Positions 23,292-24,000 of a DNA stretch of 24,000 nucleotides are shown here, piece after piece. The stretch is taken from NCBI GenBank assembly GCA_019636215.1, contig JAHBXZ010000005.1, positions 73,514-97,513 on the forward strand, written 5' to 3'. The position numbers and the translations under genes are program-made. The notes under the pieces were generated by a model. It did no database searches and had not been told where the DNA came from. It was given only the letters and a program-made list of their open reading frames with translations. The stretch is from Planctomycetota bacterium. GTDB taxonomy: Bacteria > Planctomycetota > UBA8742 > UBA2392. Numbering within the stretch: the stretch's first letter is position 1; every line of letters starts with the position of its first letter.

Positions 23292-24000
23292 CTACTCCGC
23301 CCACTTGGGTTTGCGTTTCTCTAAGAACGCGGCGATGCCTTCTTTGCATTCGTCGGTGCTTCTGGCCATCGCGTTCATGTCGCTGGCCCACACCAGGCCG
23401 TCTTCCATGCTCATGCCGTGCAGCCGCCAGAACATACGCTTGACTGTGGCCATGGCCTGGGGGGCGTTCTTGCGCAGGCTTTCCACCAGCTGAAGCGCGG
23501 CGGCCTCGAGGTCGGCCGCCACCACCACCTTGCTGACCAGACCCATGCGGTGGGCCTCGTCGGCGTCCAGTGTCCGGCCGCTCAAACACAAATCACGTGC
23601 GTTGCGTTCGCCCACCTGGTGGGTCAGCAGCACCATCACAATCGCCGGTATGAACCCGATCTTTACTTCCGGGTAGCCAAACGTCGCGTCGCGCGTGGCA
23701 ATCACAAAATCGCAGCAGCTTGCCAGGCCGCAGCCGCCAGCCAGCGCCGGGCCGTGCACCAGCGCGATCGTGGGCTTCGGAAACGTATACAGCTTGATGA
23801 AGAAATCGCGCAGCGCGTGGCTGGAACCCTGGTTCTGCTGCACGCTGGCGGCCTGCATGGCCTTGATTTCTTCAAGGTCAGCGCCCGCACAGAACGCCGC
23901 GCCGTTGCCACGGATGATCACGCAGCGCACGTCATCGCGGTGGCGCAGGGCGTCCAGTTCGGCGCCAAGCGCCGTGACCAGTTCGGTGCTGAGGGCATTG
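23292..24000 (-). CDS. Enoyl-CoA hydratase/isomerase (crotonase) family protein, 5'-truncated by window edge
   Basis: 'VRCVIIRGNGAAFCAGADL' and 'FGYPEVKIGFIPA' are crotonase signatures. The reading frame stays open upstream of the track's Met (23930) to the window end ('NALSTELVTALGAELDALRHRDD'). Confidence 0.85.
   Translation of the reverse strand, partial: NALSTELVTALGAELDALRHRDDVRCVIIRGNGAAFCAGADLEEIKAMQAASVQQNQGSSHALRDFFIKLYTFPKPTIALVHGPALAGGCGLASCCDFVIATRDATFGYPEVKIGFIPAIVMVLLTHQVGERNARDLCLSGRTLDADEAHRMGLVSKVVVAADLEAAALQLVESLRKNAPQAMATVKRMFWRLHGMSMEDGLVWASDMNAMARSTDECKEGIAAFLEKRKPKWAE

Overview
High-GC (about 63-65%) bacterial chromosomal window with compact, mostly housekeeping or envelope genes on both strands. 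No rRNA, tRNA, CRISPR array, prophage or recognisable defence island was seen. I support about 21 CDSs. In order they are: an AI-2E transporter (5' partial), a NUDIX hydrolase, ComF, a secreted tandem retropepsin-like protease with PDZ, a large Fis-HTH regulator, and a CysO/MoaD-like sulfur carrier followed by hom and thrB. Next come a REP-associated tyrosine transposase (RAYT), pcm, two paralogous secreted thioredoxin-fold proteins and an ABC-F ATPase. The rest are an S1 protease, an NHL lipoprotein, sfsA, murJ, a lipoprotein, a PduO-type adenosyltransferase, an SDR and a crotonase (5' partial). Two things stand out. (1) The ORF track splits one thioredoxin-fold gene at an in-frame TGA that falls exactly on the first Cys of a WxxxCGPC motif (read as UGPC). 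A hairpin lies at SECIS distance downstream, so this is a candidate selenoprotein, and its tandem paralog has lost the redox motif. (2) A REP-like repeat family with core AGCCCGGAGCG-N-AAGCGACGGG occurs at least 8 times. Perfect 28-bp inverted copies flank the RAYT gene. Copies supply or abut the last codons and stop of thrB, pcm and murJ, giving the tail QEPGA*. One 58-bp copy sits in frame inside the ABC-F gene with an inverted mate 1.2 kb downstream. Other observations are heptamer microsatellites with G-quadruplex potential, dense TTGACSGT palindromes in a divergent promoter region, 10-bp-phased repeats upstream of the NUDIX gene, and a sulfur-carrier protein ending GG-C. All functional calls rest on motif recognition by eye; no database search was possible. 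I did not find a clear novel multi-gene system.
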